Assembly: GCA_963744145.1 (NCBI GenBank)
Contig: CAVUSO010000001.1
Span: 5,280,001 to 5,344,000 of the forward strand
Direction of reading: 5' to 3'
DNA: 64,000 bases
Origin: an uncultured cyanobacterium
GTDB lineage: Bacteria > Cyanobacteriota > Cyanobacteriia > Cyanobacteriales > CAWUOF01
The position numbers and the translations under genes are program-made. Positions 42,032-52,111 of the stretch are shown here, one piece after another (position 1 is the first letter of the stretch; every line of letters starts with the position of its first letter). Under the pieces are notes generated by a model, which saw only the letters and a list, made by a program, of their open reading frames with translations, was not told the origin of the DNA and did no database searches.

Positions 42032-43749
42032 CTATCCATTAGTCACATCTTTCTTAACAATCCTGAAACTATTACCTAGTAACGGTTTCAGGATTCATGG
42101 CCGCAGGTGGAGTTGACTAATTGCACAGAATATGCAATTGAGAGCTGCGGGCGGACTAGGAGTGAGCTATACAGCAGTGGTCGCTCAGAAGAAAAGTCTT
42201 GATGAGTATAGTATAGAGAGGAAAAGAAGAAGTAAGGTGGAAGGAAAAAATGGAAAAGTGGGCAGAGCAAGAATTAGCCACAGTAGACTTGGGAGATGCG
42301 AGGAGAAACAAGCGATTAATTCGGTTGGTGGAAGATTTAGCCGCACAACCAACCAGCAGCGTCCCACAAGCTTGTGGCAATAGTGCAGCTACTAGTGCGG
42401 CTTATGACTTGTGGAAGTCGCCCTATTTTCAGCCATCAGATATCCGACAGGCACATACAGCCAGCACGATCGAAAGAATTAAAGCGCATCAGACAGTATT
42501 AGCAATACAAGATACCACAAATATCGATTTAACCAATCATCCTAGCACGAGAGGGATTGGTTATTTAGATCACCGAAAATCAGCCGGAATAAAAGTACAT
42601 TCAACGCTAGCTGTAACCACTTCAGGAGTACCATTAGGGATAATTGAGCAACAGGTATGGACTAGAGAGCTGGCGAATTTGGGGATAGCCAAAAAACGGC
42701 GGGAAAGAGAAATTAAAGAAAAGGAAAGCCACCGCTGGTTGGCAGGATTAAAAGTTACAGAAAATTTAATCCCAAGTGATATTCAAGTAGTAACCGTGGC
42801 GGATTCAGAAGCTGACATATTTGAGCTATTTAGCCAGCCTCGTGCCGCCAATTCCCATTTACTAATTCGCGGTACTCATAATCGGAAAGTAGACCATTCT
42901 GCCCAATATTTACATCAAGCGATCCGTCAAACTCCCGCAGCAGGAGAATTAAGTATAGAAGTCAAAAGAAATCCGACACATCAAGCTAGAACTGCCGTTC
43001 TGACAGTACGATTCGCCACTTTAGAGATTCAAGTTCCAGCACACCATATCGGGCGAAAGCAACTCCAACCAGTCAAATTACAAGTAATTCTAGCATTAGA
43101 AGAAAACCCAGAACCCGGAGTTAAACCGATTAGTTGGTTGTTAATTACCAGTCTGGAAGTTAATGACTTAGCAGCGGCAGTCCAATGTGTAGAATGGTAT
43201 ACATACCGTTGGTTAATAGAACGCTATCATTACACTCTAAAAAGTGGGTGTGGAATTGAGAAATTACAACTAGAAACCGTGCGAAGAATCGAAATGGCCT
43301 TAGCGACTTATACGATTGTAAGTTGGCGTTTATTATGGCTTACATATTCGGCTAGAACGAATCCAATGGCATCGAGTGCTGAGGTTTTAGAAACTCATGA
43401 ATGGCAATCTTTATGTGCGACTATTACTAAAAATCCTATCCCTCCAAAAACTCCACCTTCTTTACAAGAAGCCGTCCGTATGATCGCGATGTTGGGGGGA
43501 TTTTTAGGTCGAAAAGGTGATGGTGAACCGGGAGTAAAAACGATTTGGAGAGGATTAAGAAGATTACATGATATTGCAGCTACCTGGAAATTATGTACTT
43601 AAATTGGCTGGTGTATAGTTATTACTCTCCAACTCGTTACCAGATCATATTCTGGATCATTTTGTCAAGTAGCTTAATTACTATTAATCCTGAAACCGTT
43701 ACGGGGTAATAGTTTCAGGATTGTTAAGAAAGATGTGACTAATGGATAG
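42032..43749 (+). mobile_element. Complete IS4-family insertion sequence with 64-bp TIRs and 9-bp target duplication CCTACAAGG
   Basis: TIR ctatccattagtcacatctttcttaacaatcctgaaac... matches at both ends with 2 mismatches; direct repeats at 42023-42031 and 43750-43758. Confidence 0.93.
42250..43602 (+). CDS. IS4 family (Tn5/IS50-like) transposase
   Basis: WAEQEL..VDLGDARRNKR, IQDTT, VADSEADI, Y.YRWLIERYHYTLKSG (YREK), LGGFLGRKGDGEPG. Confidence 0.95.
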   Translation: MEKWAEQELATVDLGDARRNKRLIRLVEDLAAQPTSSVPQACGNSAATSAAYDLWKSPYFQPSDIRQAHTASTIERIKAHQTVLAIQDTTNIDLTNHPSTRGIGYLDHRKSAGIKVHSTLAVTTSGVPLGIIEQQVWTRELANLGIAKKRREREIKEKESHRWLAGLKVTENLIPSDIQVVTVADSEADIFELFSQPRAANSHLLIRGTHNRKVDHSAQYLHQAIRQTPAAGELSIEVKRNPTHQARTAVLTVRFATLEIQVPAHHIGRKQLQPVKLQVILALEENPEPGVKPISWLLITSLEVNDLAAAVQCVEWYTYRWLIERYHYTLKSGCGIEKLQLETVRRIEMALATYTIVSWRLLWLTYSARTNPMASSAEVLETHEWQSLCATITKNPIPPKTPPSLQEAVRMIAMLGGFLGRKGDGEPGVKTIWRGLRRLHDIAATWKLCT

Positions 43750-43989
43750 CCTACAAGGAGAGGGGAGCAAGATTTATCCCCCGCATCGGAGACGATCGCC
43801 AACGCATTCGGTGAAAAAAAAGCCTTATTAAATTTATGGTTAGCAATGGATGAGATTAAAGCCAAAGTAGTTTATGTGCAGCAGGAATTGCTTTTAGAAC
43901 CTGGACAATTGACTTGAGATTTAAAAAATGTTATTCATGAAGATAAATAAGTGAAATAAAATTATGAAAATTAAAGGTATTAAACGGGG

Positions 43990-44290
43990 TATGGTTTAGT
44001 TAACTTGTAGGGGCAAAGCATTTCGGTGCGTAAATAATTGCTTAAGCGAAGAATAATATTACCGAAATGCTTTGCCCTCACCATCTATGCAGCCAATAGA
44101 TCAACTATATATTAAAATACATTCAGTTAAGATTTTTTTTTGAATATCTCGGCGAAGAACAGGGCGAAGCATTCGGATCTAAAATTAACGGATTTAAGCA
44201 ATAAATTGTCGCCCGAATGCTATGCCTCCGGCACGCTACGCGTTCGCGCAGCGTGCCGTAGGCAAACGCCCCTACACTTAACCGAACTTC
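43990..44290. repeat. Cluster of REP-like hairpins and MITE ends with a nested small palindrome
   Basis: gtaggggcaaagcatttcggt...accgaaatgctttgccctcac; ends attcagttaag...cttaaccgaac; inserted tgcctccggcacgctacgcg-ttcgcgcagcgtgccgtaggca. Confidence 0.65.
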
Positions 44291-44446
44291 TCCTACTTGG
44301 AATTGCCAAATAGCCCAGAGATAGTCCCATCATGCCTTTTGGGATCTTTCTTTTGTTTCTTAGTTTTATCAGAATCTGCTTTCGGTTTTTTAGATTCTTT
44401 GTTGCCTTTTTGTTCTTTTGACATAATGATTCTCCATTAAAATTGC

Positions 44447-44650
44447 TTTGAAAATACTTCCTCAAATACCAAAATAATTGGCAGATTCTAAGTAATCGTT
44501 GTTCCTTGTACCATCTGGTTTCAAAATAGTCCAATTGAGGTTGGCATTTCTGAGGTCTAAATTGCTCAAGTCTGACCCATTCAAATTTACGTTAGTAAAA
44601 TCAGTTATTTGCCTCGCAACCTGTAGCGTTGTCGCTTGTTTATATCTCTA
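44447..44650 (-). pseudogene. Pentapeptide-repeat protein remnant
   Basis: Minus strand reads ITDFTNVNLNGSDLSNLDLRNANLNWTILKPDG; no valid start. Confidence 0.5.
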
Positions 44651-44878
44651 TTCTAATTGATAATACTGACTTTTACCATTTGCAAGTCCAGTTATATTAA
44701 CCGATTTTAAAAATATATTGCTTTCCTACTCCCATTCCGCACTTCTTAACCTTTAATTAATAACTTTTACTAATCGATCGCTGGTATTTTTTTTATATAC
44801 CTTGTGAATGAAGATTTTTCTGTAGCGATTTTCTGTGATATACTATACTACAGGTAAAATACAGATAACTCAGCAGAT

Positions 44879-47299
44879 TTGAAGATATCGGCTTTGATTG
44901 AAACAGAAACCCTAGAATTATTAGAATGGCCGCGCCTCTGCCAGCATTTGGCCACATTTACAGCAACGAAATTAGGTGCGATCGCGGCTCGTCACCTAGT
45001 TATTCCCGCAACTCAACCTGAAACACTGATTCTTTTGGCCCAAACCCAAGAAATTTATGACCTCGAAAATCGTTTGGCGACAAGCTTGACTTTTGACGGT
45101 ATACATGATATAGGGAATTCCTTAGAAAGAGCAGAAAAGCAAGGGATTTTAACAGGGGAAGAACTGCTAGCGATCGCGACAACTTTAGCAGGTGCTAGAC
45201 AATTACGTCGGTTGATTGATAACCAGCAAAATGTACCGATTTTAACTGCGCTGGTGGAGGAATTGAGAACTTATCCGGAAATTGAGCAAGAAATCCATCG
45301 ATGTATAGACGATCGAGGTAAAGTTGCCGATCGAGCAAGTGTGAAACTAGGGGAAATTCGTCGTCAAATTCGGCAAATCCGAGACAGAATTTATCAAAAA
45401 TTGCAAGGAATATTACAGCGTCAAGCAGGTGCGATTCAGGAACAGCTAATTGTGCAAAGGAGCGATCGCTTCGTAATTCCGGTCAAACAACCACAAAAAG
45501 ACGCAGTTCCTGGAATTGTTCACGATACCTCGATGAGTGGAGCTACTCTTTATATAGAACCCCATGGAGTTATTAATCTAAATAATGAATTACGTCAGTT
45601 TACAGGTCAAGAGCGGATTGAAGAAGAAGCGGTTCGACAGATCCTGACGGAGCAAATTGCAGTAGTGAAGTTAGATTTAGAAAGATTATTAGCAATTATT
45701 ACTACTTTAGATCTAGCTACTGCTCGCGCTCGTTATAGTTTGTGGTTAGGTGCAAATCCACCAATATTTATTGATAGAAGTATTGAGAATAGTTCATCAA
45801 AGCCAATAGACCAGCAAATTACTTTAAGACAACTATGTCATCCACTTTTGATCTGGCAACATCAGCATGAAGATGGAGATCGAGTAGTTCCCATTGATTT
45901 ACTGATTCAACCCCAGATTCGAGTAGTAACAATTACCGGTCCGAATACTGGTGGTAAAACTGTGACTCTGAAAACATTAGGATTAGCAGCACTAATGGCA
46001 AAAGCAGGATTATTTGTACCAGCGCGGGAACCAATAGAATTACCTTGGTTTGATAAAATTTTAGCAGATATTGGTGATGAACAGTCGTTAGAACAAAGTT
46101 TATCGACTTTTTCTGGTCATATTCGTCGCATTAGCCGCATTTTAGCAACAATGACCGAAAAAAGTCTGATCTTGCTAGATGAAGTTGGTGCAGGAACCGA
46201 TCCAGCGGAAGGAAGTGCATTAGCGATCGCTTTATTGCGATATTTAGCAGATCATACCTTATTAACGATCGCGACTACCCATTTTGGCGAACTGAAAGCT
46301 TTGAAATATGAAGATGAGGGGTTTGAAAATGCTTCGGTAGAATTTGATGATGTGAGTCTTTCTCCTACCTATAGATTATTATGGGGAATTCCTGGTAGAT
46401 CGAATGCACTGACGATCGCCGAGCGGTTGGGATTAAAACCAGAAATTACCCAAATGGCACAAACGTTAGTAGGGGGAGCATCAGAGGATGTGAATCATGT
46501 GATTGCTGGGTTAGAATCTCAACGTCGTCGTCAAGAAACTAAAGCTAATGAAGCAGCAAAATTACTAGCACAAGTAGAAAGTTTACATCAAGAACTAGCT
46601 CAAAAAACTGCGGCTTGGCAACAACGAGAACAAGAGTTAAAGTTAAACCAAGAGCGGATTATTCAAGAAGAAATTGCTCGCGCTAAATCAGAAATTGCTC
46701 AAGTAATTCGACGATTACAAAAAGGTAATGTAGCAGCACAGGATGCTCGAGAAGCAACGGAAGCAATTAATCAAATTACCCAGCAGAAATTACCAGTCAA
46801 AAAAGAAGCACCACCAAAACCAGGTTTTTGCCCCCAAATTGGCGATCGCATCCGGATTCCGCGTTTAGGACAAACTGCACAAGTGCTAACTAATCCAGAT
46901 ATTAATGGACAATTAACGGTAAGATTTGGGTTAATGAAAATGACAGTAGCAATTCAAGACATTGAATCCTTAAATGGGGAAAAACCGGAAGCATTAACTA
47001 AACCGAAATCTGCTCCTGTACCGATTGCTGTTACTGTGCAAAAAGCTCCAACTATTCGGACTTCCCAAAATACTATTGATTTGCGCGGTAGTCGAGTTGC
47101 AGATGCAGAAATTGAGTTAGAGCGGGCGATCGCGGCTGCTACTGGAGATGTATTATGGATTATTCACGGTAAAGGAACTGGACAATTAAGACAAGGTGTT
47201 CACGAATTTTTACAACAGCATCCTCAGATTAGTCATTATGAACTAGCAGGAACTGCTGATGGTGGTTCGGGTGTGACGATCGCGACTTTAATCAGTTAG
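44879..47299 (+). CDS. mutS2: Endonuclease MutS2
   Basis: ETLELLEW, ITGPNTGGKTV, DIGDEQS..QSLSTFSGH, C-terminal Smr (IDLRG, IIHGKGTG). Confidence 0.96.
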   Translation: MKISALIETETLELLEWPRLCQHLATFTATKLGAIAARHLVIPATQPETLILLAQTQEIYDLENRLATSLTFDGIHDIGNSLERAEKQGILTGEELLAIATTLAGARQLRRLIDNQQNVPILTALVEELRTYPEIEQEIHRCIDDRGKVADRASVKLGEIRRQIRQIRDRIYQKLQGILQRQAGAIQEQLIVQRSDRFVIPVKQPQKDAVPGIVHDTSMSGATLYIEPHGVINLNNELRQFTGQERIEEEAVRQILTEQIAVVKLDLERLLAIITTLDLATARARYSLWLGANPPIFIDRSIENSSSKPIDQQITLRQLCHPLLIWQHQHEDGDRVVPIDLLIQPQIRVVTITGPNTGGKTVTLKTLGLAALMAKAGLFVPAREPIELPWFDKILADIGDEQSLEQSLSTFSGHIRRISRILATMTEKSLILLDEVGAGTDPAEGSALAIALLRYLADHTLLTIATTHFGELKALKYEDEGFENASVEFDDVSLSPTYRLLWGIPGRSNALTIAERLGLKPEITQMAQTLVGGASEDVNHVIAGLESQRRRQETKANEAAKLLAQVESLHQELAQKTAAWQQREQELKLNQERIIQEEIARAKSEIAQVIRRLQKGNVAAQDAREATEAINQITQQKLPVKKEAPPKPGFCPQIGDRIRIPRLGQTAQVLTNPDINGQLTVRFGLMKMTVAIQDIESLNGEKPEALTKPKSAPVPIAVTVQKAPTIRTSQNTIDLRGSRVADAEIELERAIAAATGDVLWIIHGKGTGQLRQGVHEFLQQHPQISHYELAGTADGGSGVTIATLIS

Positions 47300-47344
47300 A
47301 ACTCCTGAGAATAGCAACAAGTAATTCATCAACCCAATGTTGAT

Positions 47345-47462
47345 CAGACTCTGAGAGCTTTGGTAAAGGAACGGGTTGAGGTTATTTTTGCCAGCAGCTT
47401 ATGCAGAAATCGACTGGGAAAGACCCCCAGAATTTTTGGACAAGGAACTACAAAAAGTTGTG
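47345..47462 (+). pseudogene. Fragment of an Rpn/putative transposase-like PD-(D/E)xK gene
   Basis: Reads FLPAAYAEIDWERPPEFLDKELQKVV, matching the N-terminal motif of cyanobacterial Rpn-like proteins. Confidence 0.55.
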
Positions 47463-47595
47463 CAATTTTTCAACAAAGCATCACCTCCTCAAACCAATAG
47501 ACATAGCTAATTTTTTGACACATACATGCTTGAAAATAGCGGATTTATCTAATAATTTTTCTCCCCATTCTGGCGGAATAGATATTAGTTGGTTA

Positions 47596-47623
47596 GTAGG
47601 GGCGTATTGCTATACGCCCCTAC
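47596..47623. repeat. REP-like GTAG hairpin
   Basis: gtaggggcgtattgctatacgcccctac. Confidence 0.8.
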
Positions 47624-47751
47624 GATTGGGAGTATTCCAGTTTGGAACTAAGCAGAAATACTCAAGCAGGATGAATTGTTAAGATAAGCACAACGAAGTC
47701 GGAGCATCCGAGGGACATTTTGCCGTTTCCACATGGCACCACTAATCTTGA

Positions 47752-48234
47752 CCTAACTTAACATTAGCAAACCTAGCAGGAGCAAATCTAGCTCAAGCTA
47801 ATCTAACCTCTGCTAATTTCTCAATAGTAAATTTAACGGGAGCTGACTTAAGTGGAACTAATATAACTTCAGCAAATTTAACAGGAGCAGATTTAAGTAA
47901 AGCCAATTTACAAAATGCCCAATTAAATCAAGTATTATTAAGTAACACAAAATTAATAGAAGTCTGTTTACTAGGAGCAAAAATTGTTAATACTAAGCTA
48001 AAGGGAATAGACTTAACCAAAGCGAATTTATGTGGTGCTAATCTTAATAGTTTAGATCTGACTGAGGCAAATTTCACTTCTGCTAATTTAATTGGAGCTA
48101 ATCTACAAAATGCCAATCTAGAAAGGGCTAACTTAAAAGAAGCAAACCTAACTGGTGCTAACCTACAAAACGCCAAATTAAATGGTGCTATGCTAACTGG
48201 TGCAATTATGCCAGATGGGACGATTCACAAATAG
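47752..48234 (+). pseudogene. Pentapeptide-repeat protein, 5'-truncated
   Basis: Open frame ANLAGANLAQANL...ANLTGANLQNAKLNGAMLTGAIMPDGTIHK*, with an upstream in-frame stop and no start codon. Confidence 0.8.
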
Positions 48235-48397
48235 AGTGTTTATTGGCGATCACACTTAATCCCGGAGCTGTGTCTTCTTGGTAGCGAGGTAATCACATTT
48301 TTCCAGCTCTGGACAAGGTTTTGAGTGGTGCGATCGCTCTCCTATCCTATAATTTAGATGTGCCATGTAGTATAACCATCCATCCACCGCGACAGAA

Positions 48398-49498
48398 ATG
48401 TTAGACCAATCAGCCTTAACAAAGACAGACCATGGTTGGCAATTTGCCACAGAGAAAGACTTGGAAGACTTTGTTTGGCAAAATATACAGGAGTTGTTCG
48501 GATTAACTCCTTTCAAAAGACAGTATTCGGCTAAGGGTGAATATTGCGATATTTTGGCAATTAGTGAAAATAGACAGTTAACCATCTTAGAACTCAAAAA
48601 TACAGAAGACCGTTATATTGTCCAACAGCTAACCCGTTACTATGATAATTTGCTTTCTGAGAGACCTTTAGCTGATCAAATAGATTATGAGCAAACAGTT
48701 CAATTAATTGCACTTAAACCATGTTTTCATCGACACAATGAGATAGATAGAAAATATCATTTGCTGCAATTTCAATTCCTGCTATTTGATATTGTCCAGG
48801 AAGATAAGCAACTTTATTTTAATCTGAAAAATTCTGATAATACTTTGATAATTCGTCAATTACCTATTCCTTATCCTCAAGAGTATGTTGATGAAGATGA
48901 TATTATTACTTTAAATGTTAAGACTATTCCCCCATTACCTAAATCACTTCAAACCAAACTAAACGAACGTTACCAAAATGATAAGTCTAGGATTTTAGAA
49001 ATTCGTGAAAAGATTCTTATGTTTGATGAACAGATGGGAGAAAATAATACACCTACAGATACTTGTTATGGGTTAAAAGGGCGAAATGGTAATATAATTG
49101 ACGGTTTTCAGTGTGTTGAGTTTTGGCACAAAGTTGTGAACATAGATGATGAAAAAAAATCTTATTTTTATTGGTTTTATTTATGGTTACCTTTTCCTAG
49201 AAAAATGTTGGGAATTTATTCGCAATCTACAGATAAAAAGATTGCCAGAATAAAGATTAATAGTCTAGATTTACAATCAGTTTCTACTATTACTATTAAT
49301 CAAAATCAAAAAGTCCGTACATCACCACCGTTGATAGATCATAGAGTATCAGCATATTCAGATTGGTATAGTCGGCTAATGGGAAAACAAATTCAGTTAA
49401 ATACTGTAGATGATCTTATTGATATTGCTTTGGAGGAATGGTTAAAAAGAAAGAATGAGAAGTTAAATGGTGCTAATAGGACTAATATTGATGAGTAG
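48398..49498 (+). CDS. NucS/DUF91-like PD-(D/E)xK endonuclease domain protein
   Basis: EKDLEDFVW, CDILA, ILELKN..DRYIVQQLTRYY. Confidence 0.8.
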   Translation: MLDQSALTKTDHGWQFATEKDLEDFVWQNIQELFGLTPFKRQYSAKGEYCDILAISENRQLTILELKNTEDRYIVQQLTRYYDNLLSERPLADQIDYEQTVQLIALKPCFHRHNEIDRKYHLLQFQFLLFDIVQEDKQLYFNLKNSDNTLIIRQLPIPYPQEYVDEDDIITLNVKTIPPLPKSLQTKLNERYQNDKSRILEIREKILMFDEQMGENNTPTDTCYGLKGRNGNIIDGFQCVEFWHKVVNIDDEKKSYFYWFYLWLPFPRKMLGIYSQSTDKKIARIKINSLDLQSVSTITINQNQKVRTSPPLIDHRVSAYSDWYSRLMGKQIQLNTVDDLIDIALEEWLKRKNEKLNGANRTNIDE

Positions 49499-49499
49499 A

Positions 49500-49563
49500 C
49501 ATCATTTCCCTTTTATGTTGCCCCCATTTCTCCCACATCTGACGGTTAAAGGGCGATCGCTCT
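49500..49563 (+). repeat. ~64-bp inter-module repeat ending in HIP1, copy 1
   Basis: catcatttcccttttatgttgcccccatttctcccacatctgacggttaaagggcgatcgctct, starting 2 nt after the upstream stop codon. Confidence 0.9.
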
Positions 49564-49635
49564 TATATCCTATAATATAGCACAATATGGATCAGAATTG
49601 ACCAAATATAGGGCAATTCAAAAGGAGATGCTTTT

Positions 49636-49887
49636 ATGCGATCGGAATTACGGATTGAGACTAAAGTTTTACCAGGCAACAAGATTGAGATCAATTTGCC
49701 TGCCGATATGCTCTCAAGTTCTGTGGGACAAACCATTGAGGTGATTGTTCTGCTGCCTGAGCGACCGCAATTAATGCGGCAGAATATCCTGGAATGGATT
49801 GAGCAGGCACGTAGCCGAGTATCCTTCAGAAGCGTTGAAGAAATTAACCGTGACCTGCAAGCCGAAAGAGACTCATGGGACAGCTAA
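49636..49887 (+). CDS. Putative antitoxin (VapB-like partner)
   Basis: 83 aa; overlaps the downstream PIN gene; C-terminal RSVEEINRDLQAERDSWD typical of such partners; AAGGAG RBS. Confidence 0.7.
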   Translation: MRSELRIETKVLPGNKIEINLPADMLSSSVGQTIEVIVLLPERPQLMRQNILEWIEQARSRVSFRSVEEINRDLQAERDSWDS

Positions 49888-50297
49888 ATTTGCCAGACTC
49901 TGCCAGAATTTACATCGATACCTCAGTTGTAATTTATACAATCGAGGTCAATCCCAATTATTGGCAACTGCTGCAACCGCTGTGGCAAAAATTTCAAGCA
50001 GGACAAATTGAGTTGATTACTAGCGAACTCACTCTCATGGAATCTTTGGTGATCCCATTTAAACAATCCAATGTCAATCTAGTTGATACCTATGAGCAGT
50101 TGCTTTTATCCTCAGTGCTGCAACTTATCCCAATTAGTCGGACTATCTTAAGGGAAGCAGCAAGACTACGCGCTATCATGTCTTCCTTAAGAACGCCTGA
50201 TGCCATTCATGCTGCGACCGCGATCACTTCACACTGCACTCTCCCCAACACCAACAAATGCTCCTCATATTGGCCAATAGAATGTGATCGCGCATAG
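49875..50297 (+). CDS. PIN-domain (VapC) toxin; C-terminus apparently truncated or replaced
   Basis: IYIDTSVVIY, TSELTLME, LRTPDAIHAATA; the usual final T(N/S)D motif is missing. Confidence 0.82.
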   Translation: MGQLNLPDSARIYIDTSVVIYTIEVNPNYWQLLQPLWQKFQAGQIELITSELTLMESLVIPFKQSNVNLVDTYEQLLLSSVLQLIPISRTILREAARLRAIMSSLRTPDAIHAATAITSHCTLPNTNKCSSYWPIECDRA

Positions 50298-50321
50298 TAG
50301 ATGGATAAACGAGTGGGTAAA

Positions 50322-50419
50322 CTCTTCGACTACGCTCAGGGCAAGCTCAGGGCAAGCGCTTAAGCAATCATTTATTCGCCGAAATGCTCTTTGCCCCTAC
50401 GGTTAACTGAACTGTATTG
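50322..50419. repeat. Small-repeat/REP/MITE-end composite
   Basis: cttcgactacgctcagggcaagctcagggcaag, half-REP ccgaaatgctctttgcccctac, terminus ttaactgaactgtattg. Confidence 0.65.
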
Positions 50420-50446
50420 GATTATAAATTAGGGAGTCAATGAATT

Positions 50447-51298
50447 ATGGATCATCGTAAAAACTTTGAAACTTTTACTAAATTGGGAGCGTTAAAGGAT
50501 AATGCAATTAAACTTTGTGGCGAACAATTTATAAATAATTTAATTCAACAGAAGATTAATTCTAAAAATGATAAGTTTTGGTATGCAGTTAATCAAAAAC
50601 TAGGTATACCAGATGATGCTTATGAGCAAATGTTAATTCAGCGGCAAGAGGAAGAAGAAAGAATAAAAGCTAAAGAAAAAGATCGGATTGACACTCTGAT
50701 CAAAAATAGAGTTTTACTTGAAATAATAGATCGAGAAAATTGGCATATTAAAGTCTTTGAAACATTTGAAATAGTTGACAGAATCGTTGATAAAAGTTTT
50801 TTTGCAGAAGCTGTTAAATTAGATGATCCACAGACTACTATAATTACAGACTTTTTCAATAAGAAAAAACGAGCTATCAGTGAAATTAGTTCTTTAATTG
50901 ATAACTTTGAGCGAGAACAAAGAAAACAACGTAATGTCAAAATTATCAGTCAGATTTATTTGATGTATTTATATGTATCTGGAGGGGATAAATATAATGA
51001 GCTTTCAAGAGATGATCCGAAGAAAAAAGATAAAGAAACATTTCTAGGAATTGAGAGTTGGGTAGCAGATTTCGATATATTACCAGAAATTGATAAAGAA
51101 GGATTAATTAGACAACCCCAAAGAATGGGTAAACATCCCAAAAAAGTAACTTATATTGAATTTACAAGAAAAGGAATGCAGACCGCTAGAGAAGCTTTAC
51201 AAAAAGTTGATTTAGAGGGTTTGGCAGATTTTCTCAGAGAGAGAGAATACCATGAGGATTATTTTGCTCAAGAAAGATTTAATGAAGATGAAGATTAA
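50447..51298 (+). CDS. Hypothetical protein; C-terminal region resembles a winged-helix (DUF6429-like) domain
   Basis: AT-rich 283-aa ORF; YLMYLY...DFDILPEIDKEGLIRQ...YIEFTRKG pattern. Family assignment from memory only. Confidence 0.5.
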   Translation: MDHRKNFETFTKLGALKDNAIKLCGEQFINNLIQQKINSKNDKFWYAVNQKLGIPDDAYEQMLIQRQEEEERIKAKEKDRIDTLIKNRVLLEIIDRENWHIKVFETFEIVDRIVDKSFFAEAVKLDDPQTTIITDFFNKKKRAISEISSLIDNFEREQRKQRNVKIISQIYLMYLYVSGGDKYNELSRDDPKKKDKETFLGIESWVADFDILPEIDKEGLIRQPQRMGKHPKKVTYIEFTRKGMQTAREALQKVDLEGLADFLREREYHEDYFAQERFNEDED

Positions 51299-51351
51299 TT
51301 AATCTCACAGCGATCGCACTCTTCCAATATCATCCCAATCGCGATCGCACC

Positions 51352-51414
51352 CATCATTTCCCTTTCATGTTGCCCCCTTTCTCCCACATCTGACGGTTAA
51401 AGGGCGATCGCTCT
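51352..51414 (+). repeat. ~64-bp inter-module repeat ending in HIP1, copy 2
   Basis: Differs from copy 1 by one substitution and one deletion; preceded by HIP1 at 51310 and 51341. Confidence 0.9.
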
Positions 51415-51571
51415 CCACCTGTCTCAACTGTGATCGCACCTCACCGAATAAATATGGACAACTGGGAAATTTTGAGTAGCGATCGCAATTTTAGGTAGAA
51501 AAATGCCAATTATTTTCAGATGGTTTGATCTGTGGATTGATATATAATTTAGATGCGGAGGGGTTAATCCT

Positions 51572-52111
51572 ATGAAATTACAAAAACTCTTAGAAGAAAA
51601 ACGGACTGATATTCTAGATATTGCCGCTAATACCAATTAACTATGAAATTGCACTTAATCTGAGGTTGATCTGTTAGGTCAGGGCAGGTTTATAATGGTG
51701 ATCTGTTGGTGGCAAAATTGACTGGTGAACCTGCCCCTACCAATTTTATCCTCAATTTGCGGATTTCTGTAGGGGTGGGTTCACCGAGATGTTTGACATT
51801 TACCTACTAATCATCAAAACCCACCCTCACCCACAGATCAATCTTATCAATGTATCTTCATGGTGAATTGGTATAAACACGGAGCGTTTAATGTCCGGGT
51901 ATTTGGCTCAGTGGCGCGGGGTGAGGAAACAGAAAATAGTGATATTGATTTGTTAGTTGATTATGATCTCAAGAAAATTTCCCCTTGGTTTCCAGTGCGG
52001 CTAATCCGGGATTTAGAGGGATTATTAAGTCATAAGGTTGATGTGGTGACAGAAAACGGGCTAAAATCTCGGATTCGCGATCGCGTGTTGCAGGATTGTA
52101 TTTTGCTATGA
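51572..52111 (+). pseudogene. MNT minimal nucleotidyltransferase antitoxin interrupted by a MITE
   Basis: MKLQKLLEEKRTDILDIAA | [28 protein letters not shown]; removing 51630-51875 restores the frame. Confidence 0.88.
51630..51873. mobile_element. ~244-bp IS630-type MITE with TA duplication and internal REP-like hairpins
   Basis: Ends (a)taccaattaactatgaa / ttcatggtgaattggta; TA at 51628-51629 and 51874-51875. Confidence 0.85.

Noticed and set aside
42088..42383. Four short ORFs at the IS4 left end
   Set aside because: They overlap the IS end and transposase start; no motifs.
44220..44534. 104-aa minus-strand ORF
   Set aside because: Runs through repeat sequence and a pentapeptide relic in another frame; low complexity.
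47928..48176. 82-aa minus-strand ORF
   Set aside because: Antisense shadow of the pentapeptide repeat frame.
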